Origin: Pelagomonas calceolata | Taxonomy: Eukaryota | Direction of reading: 5' to 3' | Assembly: GCA_918797485.1 (NCBI GenBank) | Contig: CAKKNE010000003.1 | Location: 4,216,001 to 4,280,000, forward strand | Length of the DNA: 64,000 nt | The notes under the pieces: generated by a model | The model's input: the letters and a program-made list of their open reading frames with translations, nothing else | What the model was told of the DNA's origin: nothing | Databases searched by the model: none | Position numbers and translations under genes: made by a program | In this document: in pieces, positions 34,222 to 45,266 of the stretch | How the letters are laid out: each line of letters opens with the position of its first letter | Numbering within the stretch: the stretch's first letter is position 1

Positions 34222-36283
34222 ATGGTGAGGGGCTTCAACCTCATCACGACATACGATGGCAGCGAATCCATATGCCAAAAGCTGCGGCGCCAATTCCGCG
34301 GCCCGGCGTTTGCCCTTCTCTGCGTCCTCGTCGCCGAGCGCACGCTCGGCCTCGACATGTGTGCGCACATGGACTCGCTCGGCGCCAAAACCTTGGCGCG
34401 GCTCTTTAGCGCGGGCGTCGCGTTCAACGTGACCTACTACACGAAGATCCTGCTACGGCGGATCAAGCTGCCGTCGACGGCCCTCACGAAGATCGAGACC
34501 ACGAACTTTGGTTTGCTAGAGCGATTCGGCGTGCTCGCGCCCGACGGCAAGGTCGGGCCGCTCGTGAAGGTCATGCACCCCCAAGTCTGGTCGACGTACG
34601 ACGTTGCGGACGCCGCCGCCGAATTTACGGTAGCATGCACCACTTATGCGTTATGTCTTGATTATGCGGGAACAATATCGTTGCCCTGGGAGGACTTCTA
34701 CTCGCCGTTCTGCATCTTCGGCGTCATCGTCGTCATGTGTTGCTGTGTCTTTGGCTTTGTTCGACTCAAAAATGGTGATGATACGGAGCCCCACCGGAAC
34801 CACCTCGGCTGCCTCGTCGCGAGGATTTGCATCCTCGGAAATTTAACGGTCTTCACCATGAAGGCGACCTGCATTTTCATGATCATGATGTGGCAGTACG
34901 TCGGCGGTCCCTTATTAATCGACGAGTACTACAAGACGTTCCGGAAGATCGACAATGGGCGGAACGTCAAAACGCCTTTTCCGAACACTCTTTTCGAGCC
35001 GTACGAGAAGGGCACGACCGACGAAGAAGTGGAGACGGCCGGCTTTGACCAGGAGGCGCCAGATTTAGATCCGAGCAAGATAGGTGGTGACGATGGCGAT
35101 TCATCAAAATTAGTCTTCGAGTTCGACAACAAGAGGGATCTGGGTGGTTACTCGTCGTTTCTTACCACGTTCCGAGACGCATTCAACAATAATCTAGATA
35201 AGACCATTAGGCGCCTGAAGCACTACTTCGATCGCGACGACGAAAGGGCAAGTGGCAGCGTTGATTTACCTTCAAATGAACGCCGTCGACGCGATATTGT
35301 ACGCCGCATGACTGCTTGATGGCGTGGAGTTGATTGCGCGACTCACTGGTCCACATCGACACAGGCCGATGCCGAAGCGCAGGGCGTCGGCTCCTACTTC
35401 GACATGCGGTGCTTTAAATTCGAGGGGATGAGGGCCTGGTTGCGGGAGCGCTGTGGACTGTGCTCGTCGTTGTTAGATAGGGCGCGGGCGATGATCGCGA
35501 GACCCAAACCGGCCGCTGGCGAGAAATACTGGATGGTTGTGCAGACGTTTCTGCCATGCTTCGACCCCTTCAAACCTTTGCCGCTGCTCTTATTTACGGA
35601 GGTAGTACCTCCGTACAAGATGATCTGGTGGTCGTCTCTCGCCAAGACGCTCGCGGTCCTGAAGGCTACGCGAGCGACTGGCATGTATTTATTGTTGACG
35701 TTACTAGACACGCTACGGTATGATTGGAAGTTGAAGGTGCCGCAGAATTACCTGTCGACCGACGGGAAGCGGTGGGATTTAAATAGATTGAAAATCCGCG
35801 AGGCGGCGCCCAAATTCCTCATCTTATTTATTTGGTCGCTCTGGTGGATTCTGAGGCTCTTTTGGTTAAGTCTCTTCCGGGGCTTTGGATTTAGGGTGCT
35901 GACACGGCGTCCTCGAAGCACCTTGGAATTGAGTGACGCCATCGACGCGACGTTGACTTCTGCTCGATGGCGTGGAGGTTGACGCCGGTCGAGGACGTCC
36001 GCCGAGGCACGCACGCGTCATGATGTCCACACAGGTCTGCCTGGTGCGCCAGGACGGCACCGTCGTCAAGGAGTGGGTCGCGCAGCGCCGCGCCGCGACG
36101 CGCCACCCGATGCCGCCGTTCCCCGACAAAATCAACCTGCACCTCTCGAAAGAATCTTACCACAATGTCGGCGCCTCGGCGGCCGGCGAGGCGCACGCCG
36201 TCGACGTCAAGCTGCTGGCCGACTGCCTGGAGCACCTGGCCGACGACGAGCTCTTCGAGAAGGTCGCGGCGCTGGGGAAGTAG
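34222..36283 (+). CDS. Hypothetical multi-pass membrane protein, 3 exons (34222-35247, 35365-35895, 36035-36283)
   Basis: GC-AG intron 35248-35364 and GT-AG intron 35896-36034 join three track ORFs in frame; several hydrophobic segments. Confidence 0.65.
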
Positions 36284-36391
36284 ACGGGCTCCTCGTCTCT
36301 ATCTAGCAAGTAACTACGTGATACTGTGCAAACTTACCTGCCCATAGCCACCGCGTCGGCCATAGTAATAGTAGGTTGGCCTGCGGGCTTG

Positions 36392-36527
36392 TGCTAGTGT
36401 CTTACAGGCCGCTAGCCCACGCTGGATCGATTAAGCCGACGGTTTTCATCGTCCTCCGTGGCGCTCGCGGCCAGACGTGTCTGCGCGCGGCGTAATAGAG
36501 GCCGAGTTGTTCGCCGGACCGCCGCGC
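36392..36527 (+). repeat. About 135-bp direct repeat, copy 2 (starts with a CTAG-box at 36394-36415)
   Basis: See 31960-32095. Confidence 0.85.
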
Positions 36528-36643
36528 TCCGCTCCAGCACGCCGGGCGCGAGAACCGGGCGCCGGTCCGGGAGACTCCGAGTGAACTTTCCCAGCGTGAA
36601 ACCCTCGCGACGCGGGGAGGAGCCGGCCGCGGGTCCGAGACCA

Positions 36644-37012
36644 ATGTGGCAAGCCCTCTTCGGCCGCGGCGGCCGGAACAACGACGACACGGCCAGCGAC
36701 GAGGCCGTCGCGCGCGCCCTCCAGGCGTCCCTCGACGACGCCGCCGCCCGGCGCCGGCGACGCGACTCCAGTTACGCGGCGGAGCTCTCGCGCAAGCTCA
36801 ACGGCGGCGCCGACGCGTTCATCGACCTCACGGGCCATGAAAACGACCGCCGCCGCTCCGTCGTGGACCTCCGCTCGCCACGCCTTCTGTTCGCGCGGCC
36901 GGCGCCTCGGCCGGCGCTTCGCGATGTACACCGGGGGCCTCGTCGACGCCGACGACGACGCCTTCGCGGACTTCGACGACTACTGAGGAGGGGTCGTTCC
37001 GAGGGCGCCTAA
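36644..37012 (+). CDS. Short hypothetical protein with UIM-like and SIM-like motifs
   Basis: DEAVARALQASL, FIDLT, VVDL; 3' frame uncertain. Confidence 0.45.
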   Translation: MWQALFGRGGRNNDDTASDEAVARALQASLDDAAARRRRRDSSYAAELSRKLNGGADAFIDLTGHENDRRRSVVDLRSPRLLFARPAPRPALRDVHRGPRRRRRRRLRGLRRLLRRGRSEGA

Positions 37013-37089
37013 GACCACAAGATCTACCACAAGACAAGGGCCATCGCCGCGACGGCCTAAGAAGACAAGAATGTACATTACACACCACA

Positions 37090-38988
37090 TCAGTCGTCGG
37101 AGAACCCGAGCACGTCCCCCGCCAAGAGCGCGTCGAACACTGCCCCCACCTTCGCCAGAGACGAGTAGGCCGGCAGGTCCAGGCGGTTGAAGCACGTGTG
37201 CGCGCAGGGCAGTTCCGCATCGCCTCCTGCACGTAACCTTAACTCAAACGCCTTGGCGTCCCCATCTCGACCTTGCAAGCGCGAGAACCCCCCTGCTGGG
37301 ACCCTTGACGTTCCAGTGACATATTGTAAAAGTTTCGCCCGTCGCTCCAATTGTAATGAATCGACGTAGGCCCAGAAGTGCTTTATGGACGCATGCGTCG
37401 CCGAGTAGCCTTCGGAGTAAGTAGTGTGACTCTTCCAGTCATCCACATCGACGTGATCCAACCCAGCAATAGCTAATTCGAGATCCGACGCATCGAGAGC
37501 CGCTGCACTCAAGCAAGCCAAGGGCACGACGTCGTAGAACCCGCGCAGGAACGCGGCCAATGGCCTTGCAATTTGCTCGAGCACCGCGTGTCTAAATAAC
37601 CGTGCGATGTACTCGTCCTTGTTGGCGTCGGTCACGTCTCTCTCAGAACCATTGGGACCTAGCTCCACGGTCTCGCCGCCGTCCCGGTCCCGGAACGTGA
37701 ACGTGAGGCAGAGTCGCTCCGCGTTCGGTTCATCCACCACAGCTCTGCACGATCGATATAATGCCGCATCGACGAGCTCGAGGTCGTCGAAGGTCACGGG
37801 TAGTGCTAGAATGTGTTTGAGGAGCGGTCTTGCTAGTCGGCACTGGGGCAGGACCTGCCCATCAAACAACGCCTTCGCGACTAATCTTCCACAAGAGCGG
37901 TAGTAGCGCTTCGTCTCGGCCGCGTCGGTCTGCGGTCTGATCTGGAGCGCGACGTCGTCCGTCGCCGCGAGGCGCCACCGCGACTCGTCGGCGAAGACCC
38001 CCTCCGCGACATGGGCCCAGCACTCGCGCGCCACGCCGCCGGCGTCCATGCCCCTCTCACCAGTTAATTCAAACCTCCACGTCTTCCGAAAGTCGCGAGC
38101 GGGCCTGGATGACGCTATGGCCAGAGCCGTCTCGGCAACCGCAGAACGTTTACACTTGACGTCGACGTGGCCCCTACTCCAAGGAATGGCGAGGGAAGCA
38201 CACGCCTCCCGTAGCGTCGCCAGCTTCTGCGAAAGGTCCGCACTACTCCTCTCAGGTCTATCGGGCACCGACGCGCGCGGCGCGATCAAGATCCGTAGAC
38301 GATCGTCCTCCATGCGTTGCCGCGGCGCCAAGCCTTCTCTCCCGTCCGGCAACCGGATGCGCAGCAAATCGCCCTGACAATCCTCCACTAAACCTGGCAC
38401 GACGTCTCCCGCTTGCAGTCTCGGCGAATTTTGTAGGGGCGTCACGCCGTCGTCCTGCAAGACACCTAAACCAAATTGGCCGCAGGCCACGACCTTGCAC
38501 TCGACCCAGCCTGCTTCCGTGTTATCAAATCGGGCGGAGCCTCGTGTCAGCCTCCGCAGGAACGACAACCTTCTCACATCTCGCGTCCGTCCGATCGTGT
38601 CCTCCTCGTCACTGTCAGAGGAGGAGTCCTCCCTCGATTCGACGGAGGCCGTGTCCTCGCTCGACATGTCGTCATGTGCCGAAGCGACGAGCGAGCGACT
38701 CCTCACCCTGTTTCTCAACGAGCGCGCCCCTCGAGCTCGCCAGGCCCGCTCCCGCGCGTCGGCGGCGGCGTGGTCCGCGGCGTCCAGGCCCAGGATCTCG
38801 CGCCAGGTCGTTGTTACTTCAGTTACGTGGACTTCTCCCGTTTCAACTCGTCGTCTCGTCTCGGCGGCGGAGCGGCGGTCGAGCAGGCCCGCCCGGACGG
38901 CTTCCGCGAGCAACGCTTCGAGCTCTAGTTGGGGCTCCAGTTGGACGGGCGGCACATCTGTCGTGTTTTTTGACGGGCAGCAGCCCAT
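37090..38988 (-). CDS. HECT-type E3 ubiquitin ligase with N-terminal MGCC acylation motif
   Basis: GERGMDAGGVARE, KLLQYVTGTSRVP.GGF, LPCAHTCFNRLDLP.Y with the catalytic Cys. Confidence 0.93.
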   Translation of the reverse strand: MGCCPSKNTTDVPPVQLEPQLELEALLAEAVRAGLLDRRSAAETRRRVETGEVHVTEVTTTWREILGLDAADHAAADARERAWRARGARSLRNRVRSRSLVASAHDDMSSEDTASVESREDSSSDSDEEDTIGRTRDVRRLSFLRRLTRGSARFDNTEAGWVECKVVACGQFGLGVLQDDGVTPLQNSPRLQAGDVVPGLVEDCQGDLLRIRLPDGREGLAPRQRMEDDRLRILIAPRASVPDRPERSSADLSQKLATLREACASLAIPWSRGHVDVKCKRSAVAETALAIASSRPARDFRKTWRFELTGERGMDAGGVARECWAHVAEGVFADESRWRLAATDDVALQIRPQTDAAETKRYYRSCGRLVAKALFDGQVLPQCRLARPLLKHILALPVTFDDLELVDAALYRSCRAVVDEPNAERLCLTFTFRDRDGGETVELGPNGSERDVTDANKDEYIARLFRHAVLEQIARPLAAFLRGFYDVVPLACLSAAALDASDLELAIAGLDHVDVDDWKSHTTYSEGYSATHASIKHFWAYVDSLQLERRAKLLQYVTGTSRVPAGGFSRLQGRDGDAKAFELRLRAGGDAELPCAHTCFNRLDLPAYSSLAKVGAVFDALLAGDVLGFSDD

Positions 38989-39601
38989 GTCGCGCTGTGG
39001 TTTTTTTATCGATTCTCTGCTTGGCTCGCGCGGCGCTGGCGCGTCTTGTTCTACGCCGCGAAGCGCGTGAGTGTCCGCGCGCGCCGGCGGCTGGGAATGC
39101 CTTCCTGGGCCTCTCTGGGCCTTGCTGGGTATTCGCCGGTGCGCGTACGCGGCGCGAACAAGCGCTCACGGTCTTGCGCGACTGAGATCGCACGACTGGG
39201 ACCCTGCGCTTGAACTGAGAAGCGCTACCGAATATCTGCGCTCAGTTTTGCTTGTCCTTATGCCGGCAGGCAGTGAGAGCTGCGGGTTTTCGCGTTCAAA
39301 CGCCACGCCGTCCTGCCACCGCCTCCCGGCCGAACACGCGCCTCCGGGACGGCTCGGTAGCGGACCCGAAAACGCGCCTTTCTCATGAGGGAGAGGCTGA
39401 TGAGCATCGGGCTGCCCTCTCTCTCCGGCGCGCATCGATCGCAGCCGCGGCGGGAACGCGGCGCAGCGTTCGCCTCGCAAAAGGGCGCCGCGGTTCGTTG
39501 CCCCACGACTCCGGCAGTACTGTGTCTCAAGCGCAATAAGCCGTGTGGCGGTCTGCAGCTCGCACGGCACGGCGTCGCCGCGACCACTTCTATCATCACT
39601 C

Positions 39602-42523
39602 ATGGCAGACAGCCCGGACCTCCTCACCGTCTTCGACCGCTGGCGCGCCACCAAGCCGCAACACGTCGTCCACACCTGGCTCCGGAGCGACGGGACTGTT
39701 AAAGACGAGTACACGCTGCGAGCCTTGTATGACGCTGCCGGTGCTGTAGCGTCGCAACTGCAAGGCGTCGACGTCGCCATCCTCTGCTACCCTCCGGGCC
39801 TCGATTTCCTCGTGGCCTTCTACGGGTGCCTGTTTGCTGGAATGGCGGCGGCGCCGTGCTACCCGCCGGACCCGCGTAATAGGGAAGCTAGGACCGCGCG
39901 CCACTTCGAGAGCATCGTGAGCGCGTCCGGCGCTTCAATAGTCCTCACGACAGCTGCCTATCTGAGAGGACGAACGTTGCTGAGGGAAGACACGCTCGGC
40001 GTGCGGTGGCTGGCCACCGATTCCATCAATTCAGCACCGCTACCACCTGTGAGACCACCGCCAGCACTCGCCTTCCTCCAGTACACGTCCGGTTCGACAT
40101 CAACACCCAAGGGCGTCATGATAGGCCGTACTAACTTAGCGCACAACCTCCGGGTCATCACAACAGCACTCGCCTCCGACGAAAACACTGTATGTGTAAG
40201 CTGGCTGCCGCAGTACCACGACATGGGCCTCGTCGGGTCTTTGCTGGGGACCTTGTATTGTGGCGGAAGAGGCTACCACTCGTCGCCCTTGGACTTTGTC
40301 CGGGACCCTACAAGTTGGCTCCGCAACTTATCAGATAGAGGAGCAACACATACGCAAGCGCCTAGCTTCGCCTTCGGCCTCGCCGCGCGCAAGTTCCTGT
40401 CGTCTCCCTTACGAATGCGGGTGGATTTGTCCTGTTTGCGGCATGCGACGAACGGCGCGGAACCGATCCGAGCGGCCGACGTGGACGCTTTTTGTAGTGC
40501 TTTCGCCGGTCATGGCTTGCGCGAGGACGCGGTGGTGGCGACCTACGGCCTCGCCGAGCACACGGTGTTCGTGTGTCGCGCGACGGCGCCGAAACGAAGA
40601 GAATTTGATGCATCAGCTCTTGCCAGTGATCAAATTGTTCCGGGACAAGGGACTGTGCTCTTCGGGTGCGGTAAATGCGACGACGTCGAGCTGGCCATCG
40701 TGCGAGATAAGAAGCGTTGCACGGGCGTGGGCGAGATCTGGGTCCGAAGTCCGTCGCGGGCCCGAGGCTACTGGCGCGCCGTCGAGAGCAGCGCGGCGAC
40801 CTTCGGGGGCTTTTTGGAGGGAGAAGGCCCCGTCGCTGTGGATGCGGACGGCGCCGTGGCGCGGGAAGGTTGGTTGAGAACTGGAGACTTAGGGTTTATT
40901 GATAAACAAGGCGACCTCTTCGTCTGCGGCCGGTCCAAAGATCTACTGATCATCAGGGGCAAGAACCACTACCCCCAGGACCTCGAGGCGACGTGGGAGC
41001 GCGCCGCGCGGGCGACGTTCCGGCCGGGCTGTTCGGCCGTCGTTCCCTTAGGGAAAGACCGCGTCCAGATTATCTGCGAAGCTCGCAAAAATTGTCCGGA
41101 CCTCGCGGACGCTTGTGCTGTTGCTAGATCAGCTGTGCAGAGGGCGCACGGTATAGCAATCGGTAAGGCGACGGTCGTGTCGCAGCGGGAGCTCATAAAG
41201 ACGTCGTCGGGCAAAGTGGCCCGAAGGGCGCGCTCGCGGCGTCCCTTCACGCCATCGAGGCGACTCGTGTCCATCAGACGAGGCGTAGTCGAGCGACCGC
41301 GACGCTCCGCGCAGGCCTGCCGCGACGCGCTCGAACAGGGCGTTTTTACGGTGCTGTACGCGTCCGAAGTGTCCGAGAAGAACACGTGCGAGAAGGCTTT
41401 ATCTACAGAAGAAAGGGCTCGATTGCGAGCCACGCTCGACGCGGCATCCGATGAAGACGTGCTCCGGACGTGTCAGAATATCGCCGCCAAGGTCGCCAAG
41501 GTCGACCGCGTCGAGGGGTCACTGACACAACTCGGACTGGGCAGCATGGAGGGTTTACATCTCTGCACGGAGATTGAGAACGCGTATGGTGTGGCCCTGG
41601 ACCCCGAGCTCCTGACTGATGATGAATTAACTCTGGAGGCTCTGGTCCGTGTCTTGCGAAGGGGCGGCCGGGCGGGCCCTCGATGTGAAGTGGTCGACGG
41701 CGCGCGCTTAGCTTTGTCGCGACGCGACGCGCTCCGACAAACGACGGATCTGCGGCGCGTCGCGTCCAGGAAACGGGACCGCGTCGACGGTTCCGTGATC
41801 GCGCGCGCTTCCTTGGTGGATGGTTCCTTACAAGTGCCGAAACGAGCACAGTGTACTTCGCTGAAGGCGGAGGCGCCCCTCTCCCTCTCATTGCCTTTAG
41901 TGTCGGTACTGGTCCTTTTCGTGAAGCCCCTGCTCGCTTTGCTCGTATGCCTCTTCATTAGCATCGGCGTGTATCTCAAAAGGGATATCATAAAACGAAA
42001 ACTGAGAGATGTGTGGTGGAGCCACGTCGCAAAAACACACGAAGAGTCTTGTACGAGAATCATCATCGAGGACCCCGCTAGTTTGAGACAGCAGGAGCCG
42101 TGCCTCGTGCTCATACGCGACTCCATTGGTAACTCTTGGAGTCATTTAGCCCTATGCTCTCTACATGAGGATCTTTTCGATGTGGTCCCGGACGGCGTCG
42201 TCGTGCCGGCGCCCCACGGCATTACGGAGTACCAGACCCTGTTGTTCTTCGGGGCGGCCTTTGCTAGAAGGAGAGGGACACTGGACGCGGTGGCCGCAGA
42301 TTTATTTGCCGGTCGCGCCGCGTCGCTCATCGTCGAAGCGTCTCAACTATCATCGCTGTCGGCCATCGCTTCGTCGACGGGCTGCCGCGTCGTGTGCGCC
42401 TGTACGTTAGCGACGCCGTCTGGTCTGGTCCACGCGCTGGGCGCGCCTTGTCCTGGACGGACGCCGAAGGCTCTGAAGGAGGCCCTCGACGCCGCCGAGG
42501 CGCTCGCGCGGCGCGTAAATTAG
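39602..42523 (+). CDS. Fatty acyl-AMP ligase (FAAL) plus acyl carrier domain, TM segment and degenerate acyltransferase-like domain
   Basis: AFLQYTSGSTSTPKGV, WLPQYHDMGL, YGLAE, LRTGDLGF, GRSKDLLIIRGKNHYPQDLE, KTSSGK; ACP-like LGLGSMEGL..EIE..YGV; probable in-frame intron 41228-41314. Confidence 0.88.
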   Translation: MADSPDLLTVFDRWRATKPQHVVHTWLRSDGTVKDEYTLRALYDAAGAVASQLQGVDVAILCYPPGLDFLVAFYGCLFAGMAAAPCYPPDPRNREARTARHFESIVSASGASIVLTTAAYLRGRTLLREDTLGVRWLATDSINSAPLPPVRPPPALAFLQYTSGSTSTPKGVMIGRTNLAHNLRVITTALASDENTVCVSWLPQYHDMGLVGSLLGTLYCGGRGYHSSPLDFVRDPTSWLRNLSDRGATHTQAPSFAFGLAARKFLSSPLRMRVDLSCLRHATNGAEPIRAADVDAFCSAFAGHGLREDAVVATYGLAEHTVFVCRATAPKRREFDASALASDQIVPGQGTVLFGCGKCDDVELAIVRDKKRCTGVGEIWVRSPSRARGYWRAVESSAATFGGFLEGEGPVAVDADGAVAREGWLRTGDLGFIDKQGDLFVCGRSKDLLIIRGKNHYPQDLEATWERAARATFRPGCSAVVPLGKDRVQIICEARKNCPDLADACAVARSAVQRAHGIAIGKATVVSQRELIKTSSGKVARRARSRRPFTPSRRLVSIRRGVVERPRRSAQACRDALEQGVFTVLYASEVSEKNTCEKALSTEERARLRATLDAASDEDVLRTCQNIAAKVAKVDRVEGSLTQLGLGSMEGLHLCTEIENAYGVALDPELLTDDELTLEALVRVLRRGGRAGPRCEVVDGARLALSRRDALRQTTDLRRVASRKRDRVDGSVIARASLVDGSLQVPKRAQCTSLKAEAPLSLSLPLVSVLVLFVKPLLALLVCLFISIGVYLKRDIIKRKLRDVWWSHVAKTHEESCTRIIIEDPASLRQQEPCLVLIRDSIGNSWSHLALCSLHEDLFDVVPDGVVVPAPHGITEYQTLLFFGAAFARRRGTLDAVAADLFAGRAASLIVEASQLSSLSAIASSTGCRVVCACTLATPSGLVHALGAPCPGRTPKALKEALDAAEALARRVN
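41228..41314 (+). mobile_element. In-frame 87-bp GC-AG introner (family C)
   Basis: GCGCGCTCGCGGCGTCCCTTCACGCCATCGAGGCGACTCGTGTCCATCAGACGAGG nearly matches PRP8 intron 10; removal gives KVARRACR. Confidence 0.8.
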
Positions 42524-42606
42524 TGTTAAGCTTAGGTCTTCTTCTTCTTCGAATTGTGTGCCGCGGCGGCGCTACGTAGAGCCCCACGGTGCCGCGGCCG
42601 CGCGGC

Positions 42607-42852
42607 CTACGTCGCCTCGTCGCCGGCGGCGGCTTCGATCGCGGCGGCTACCGCGGCGGCTCCTGAATCGGGCTCCTCCACCACCACGGCGTTCTGGCGC
42701 CGCAGCGGCCGCCGCAGCGTCGACACGACCGGCGCGCGCGCGCGGCGCCTCTCGGGGGTGCCGTCGAACGCCACCCTCAACCGCTTGGCGTCGCGCGGCG
42801 TCATGTCGTGACCCGTCGGCGTCGCGCTGGGTGGAGACGCCGCGCTGGCCAT
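42607..42852 (-). CDS. Small hypothetical protein (81 aa)
   Basis: ATG ORF convergent on FAAL with high GC3; no domain. Confidence 0.4.
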   Translation of the reverse strand: MASAASPPSATPTGHDMTPRDAKRLRVAFDGTPERRRARAPVVSTLRRPLRRQNAVVVEEPDSGAAAVAAAIEAAAGDEAT

Positions 42853-43524
42853 GCTCCGGCCGGTCTATGGGCCAGTTTCCAGTCAGGCCAAAAGTTTGGT
42901 TGCCGCGCAGCCGGTCGAAACGCTTCCAGAAGCCGGCGCGGGGACCGGAGGACGCGGCGGGCCGTTTGGGCTGCCTCGCTTTATTGATTCGCGTCACTGC
43001 GGGCTGCCTCGGGCTCAAATATTCGAACTCGCACTGCGTCTCAGCTGTTGCCGGAGATGGGGACTTCCATAAAGCACGCGGCGCCGCGCCCCGGCGTCGC
43101 CGGTGTTGTAGAGACGTGTGGGGGGTGGTTTCGCGACATTTCTCGCGTCTGTTGCTTCACATATACCCCGCACGGTATTGCCCACGTCCTCGATCATGTC
43201 GCAAAAAGTGTGGATTTTGGCGCACCCCCGCGTCCACACTGGTGCCGAGAGCTACGGCACGCATCGGTAGCACCACGGAGACGACTTACGCACGAAACGC
43301 GATTGCAATCGCCGCACAACGGGCTGAGAGGCTGCAAAATCGCCTAGCGGCACATTGGCCGACCCACGCGCCGAGGCTGCAGCCGAGCGCGACGCCGCAG
43401 TCGTTGGCCCACGTCGCAAGCGGCGGCCTCGCGAGCGCGAAAACGATGGATAGACCCCCGAGAGCTAGCGCATCGATCCACGAACACAACGCGCCAACGC
43501 CCACGCCCCCTCGCAGCACCAAAC

Positions 43525-43842
43525 ATGAAGCTCTCCATCGCGTTGCTCGCCGCCCCGGCCCTCGCCTTCACGGCGCCGAGGCACGCCGTGTCAAATGTCG
43601 CCCGGTCCGCCATGGACAGCGCTCAGGTAGACGCGAAGATCGACGCCCTCGCGGCCGAGGCCAAGGGCATCTTCGACGCCAAGGTCGACTCGGCGGCCGC
43701 GCCCGTCGCCGGTGCGAGCGACTTCACGCCGGCCACCTCCGGCGGGACGGCGTCGAACGCGGGCGTCGACGACCTCGTCAAGGAGCTCCAGGACGCCGGC
43801 GCGCGGCTCGCGGCGGAAGTCAAGGCCGAGACGCAGAAGTAG
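43525..43842 (+). CDS. Small plastid-targeted protein
   Basis: Signal peptide ending ALA-F (ASAFAP-like) followed by a transit-like segment; strong codon bias. Confidence 0.8.
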   Translation: MKLSIALLAAPALAFTAPRHAVSNVARSAMDSAQVDAKIDALAAEAKGIFDAKVDSAAAPVAGASDFTPATSGGTASNAGVDDLVKELQDAGARLAAEVKAETQK

Positions 43843-44422
43843 GCGGTTATTCTAAGACTTGCTTGTAAAACCCGCCCTCTCCTCTTCAAGACGCGCGGAG
43901 GAATAGTAGTAGAAGCTTACTCGGTTTTGGGGACGCTAGCCTAGTCCCGGGGGGATGGACGCACTAGAACCAAGCCTCTAAAGGCCCGGGTCCGGCGTCA
44001 CGTCGTCACCGTCAGGTCTGGGAGCAGGGCCTGCCTGGGGGGGCACTGGAGGATTGTAATCGTTTGCCACATGCCCAGGCCGAATCGTGTCACCGTCACC
44101 TGTATGAGTAAAGAGAGGACCACGAGCGAGCCCTGGCTGACCGGCCTGCGCGCCGCACGGTAATCCAGTCGGTCCGAAATAAGACGCGGCCGACCGCCGC
44201 GCGGAGGAATCACGAGGTCAAAACCCGTTCCGTAAATCCGACACGCGCTCGCGCTCTCGCGGCTCCTGCGCCTCATAAATCACTTGCTGGACCGCGCGCG
44301 CGTGTGGAGCTTCGCGTGACACGCGGTACGCGGCCAGCCAACGCTTGGAGCGATACCATTGCCTGCAGACATCACAGGAGGTCGGAGAGCAAACTCGGCT
44401 CTCCGTACAAAACGTCCGTCCA

Positions 44423-45052
44423 ATGAAGGCCGGGCTGCTCGTCCTCGCGGCGGCGAGCGCGCTGCAGCCGCCGCGCACGGCTCGGCGATTATTGAAGTTG
44501 CACGCCGCCCCGGCGCCCGCGTACGTCGCGGGCGCGTGCCTCACGGGCATCGCGTGGAAGCCAATTGTAACAAAAGCGATGGACGACTGGTACGATAACG
44601 GAGATACGAACTTCCGGCGGCCGGCCTGGGCGCCGCCGCGCAAGTGGTTCCCGCCGATATGGCGCGTGAACTACTTTCTGATCGGTCTGGCCGCATCCAG
44701 AAGAGCGGCGGCGGGAGGGCTGCCGCCGGTCGCGTGGGTCCACTACGCCCTCAACATGTGCTGGGCGCCGCTCTTCTTCAAGTTTCGGCAGTTAAAAGCG
44801 GCCGTCGTCCTGAACGTGGGCCTCGTCATTACGCTCGTGGCGGCTCTGCCAAGCTTCGCCGAGGCCGGCGCCGCCCTTCTCCTCGCGCCGTACCTCGGCT
44901 GGCTCGCCTTCGCGACGGCCCTGAGCCTCCAGATCGCGCGGCTGAACCCGGCCGGCGTTTCTGCTCAAACGGCGAACGGCGCGTGGCGGGCGACCTGCGA
45001 CGCCTCGGGCGTCGTCTCGTGGTACGACTTCGGCGTCCGCCTCGGCGGTTGA
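44423..45052 (+). CDS. TspO/MBR-family protein, probably plastid-targeted
   Basis: WY....RRPAWAPP..WFPPIW, LNMCWAPLFF, LLAPYLGWLAFATAL. Confidence 0.88.
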   Translation: MKAGLLVLAAASALQPPRTARRLLKLHAAPAPAYVAGACLTGIAWKPIVTKAMDDWYDNGDTNFRRPAWAPPRKWFPPIWRVNYFLIGLAASRRAAAGGLPPVAWVHYALNMCWAPLFFKFRQLKAAVVLNVGLVITLVAALPSFAEAGAALLLAPYLGWLAFATALSLQIARLNPAGVSAQTANGAWRATCDASGVVSWYDFGVRLGG

Positions 45053-45266
45053 GACTCGCTGCTGCTCCCCGCACCGGGCTGAGTAGTATAAAGAATCGGA
45101 TGGATATGCCAGTGCTGTCGCGTTTAGACCACGCCTCCGAGTCCCGAGCCGCTAACACGTTTGCGACGTAAATTCGGGTTAACCCTAATTTCTCGGCGCG
45201 GGGGAGTCGTGCGTGTATACTCGACAGATGCCAGTGAAGGTCAAAGCCCAATTTACGTCACTAGAA

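Noticed and set aside
42558..43868. 436-aa ORF
   Set aside because: Arg-rich read-through across an intergenic region and two better-supported small genes
45169..45191. Imperfect palindrome containing telomere-like AACCCTAA
   Set aside because: Single unit, too short to support an interstitial telomere
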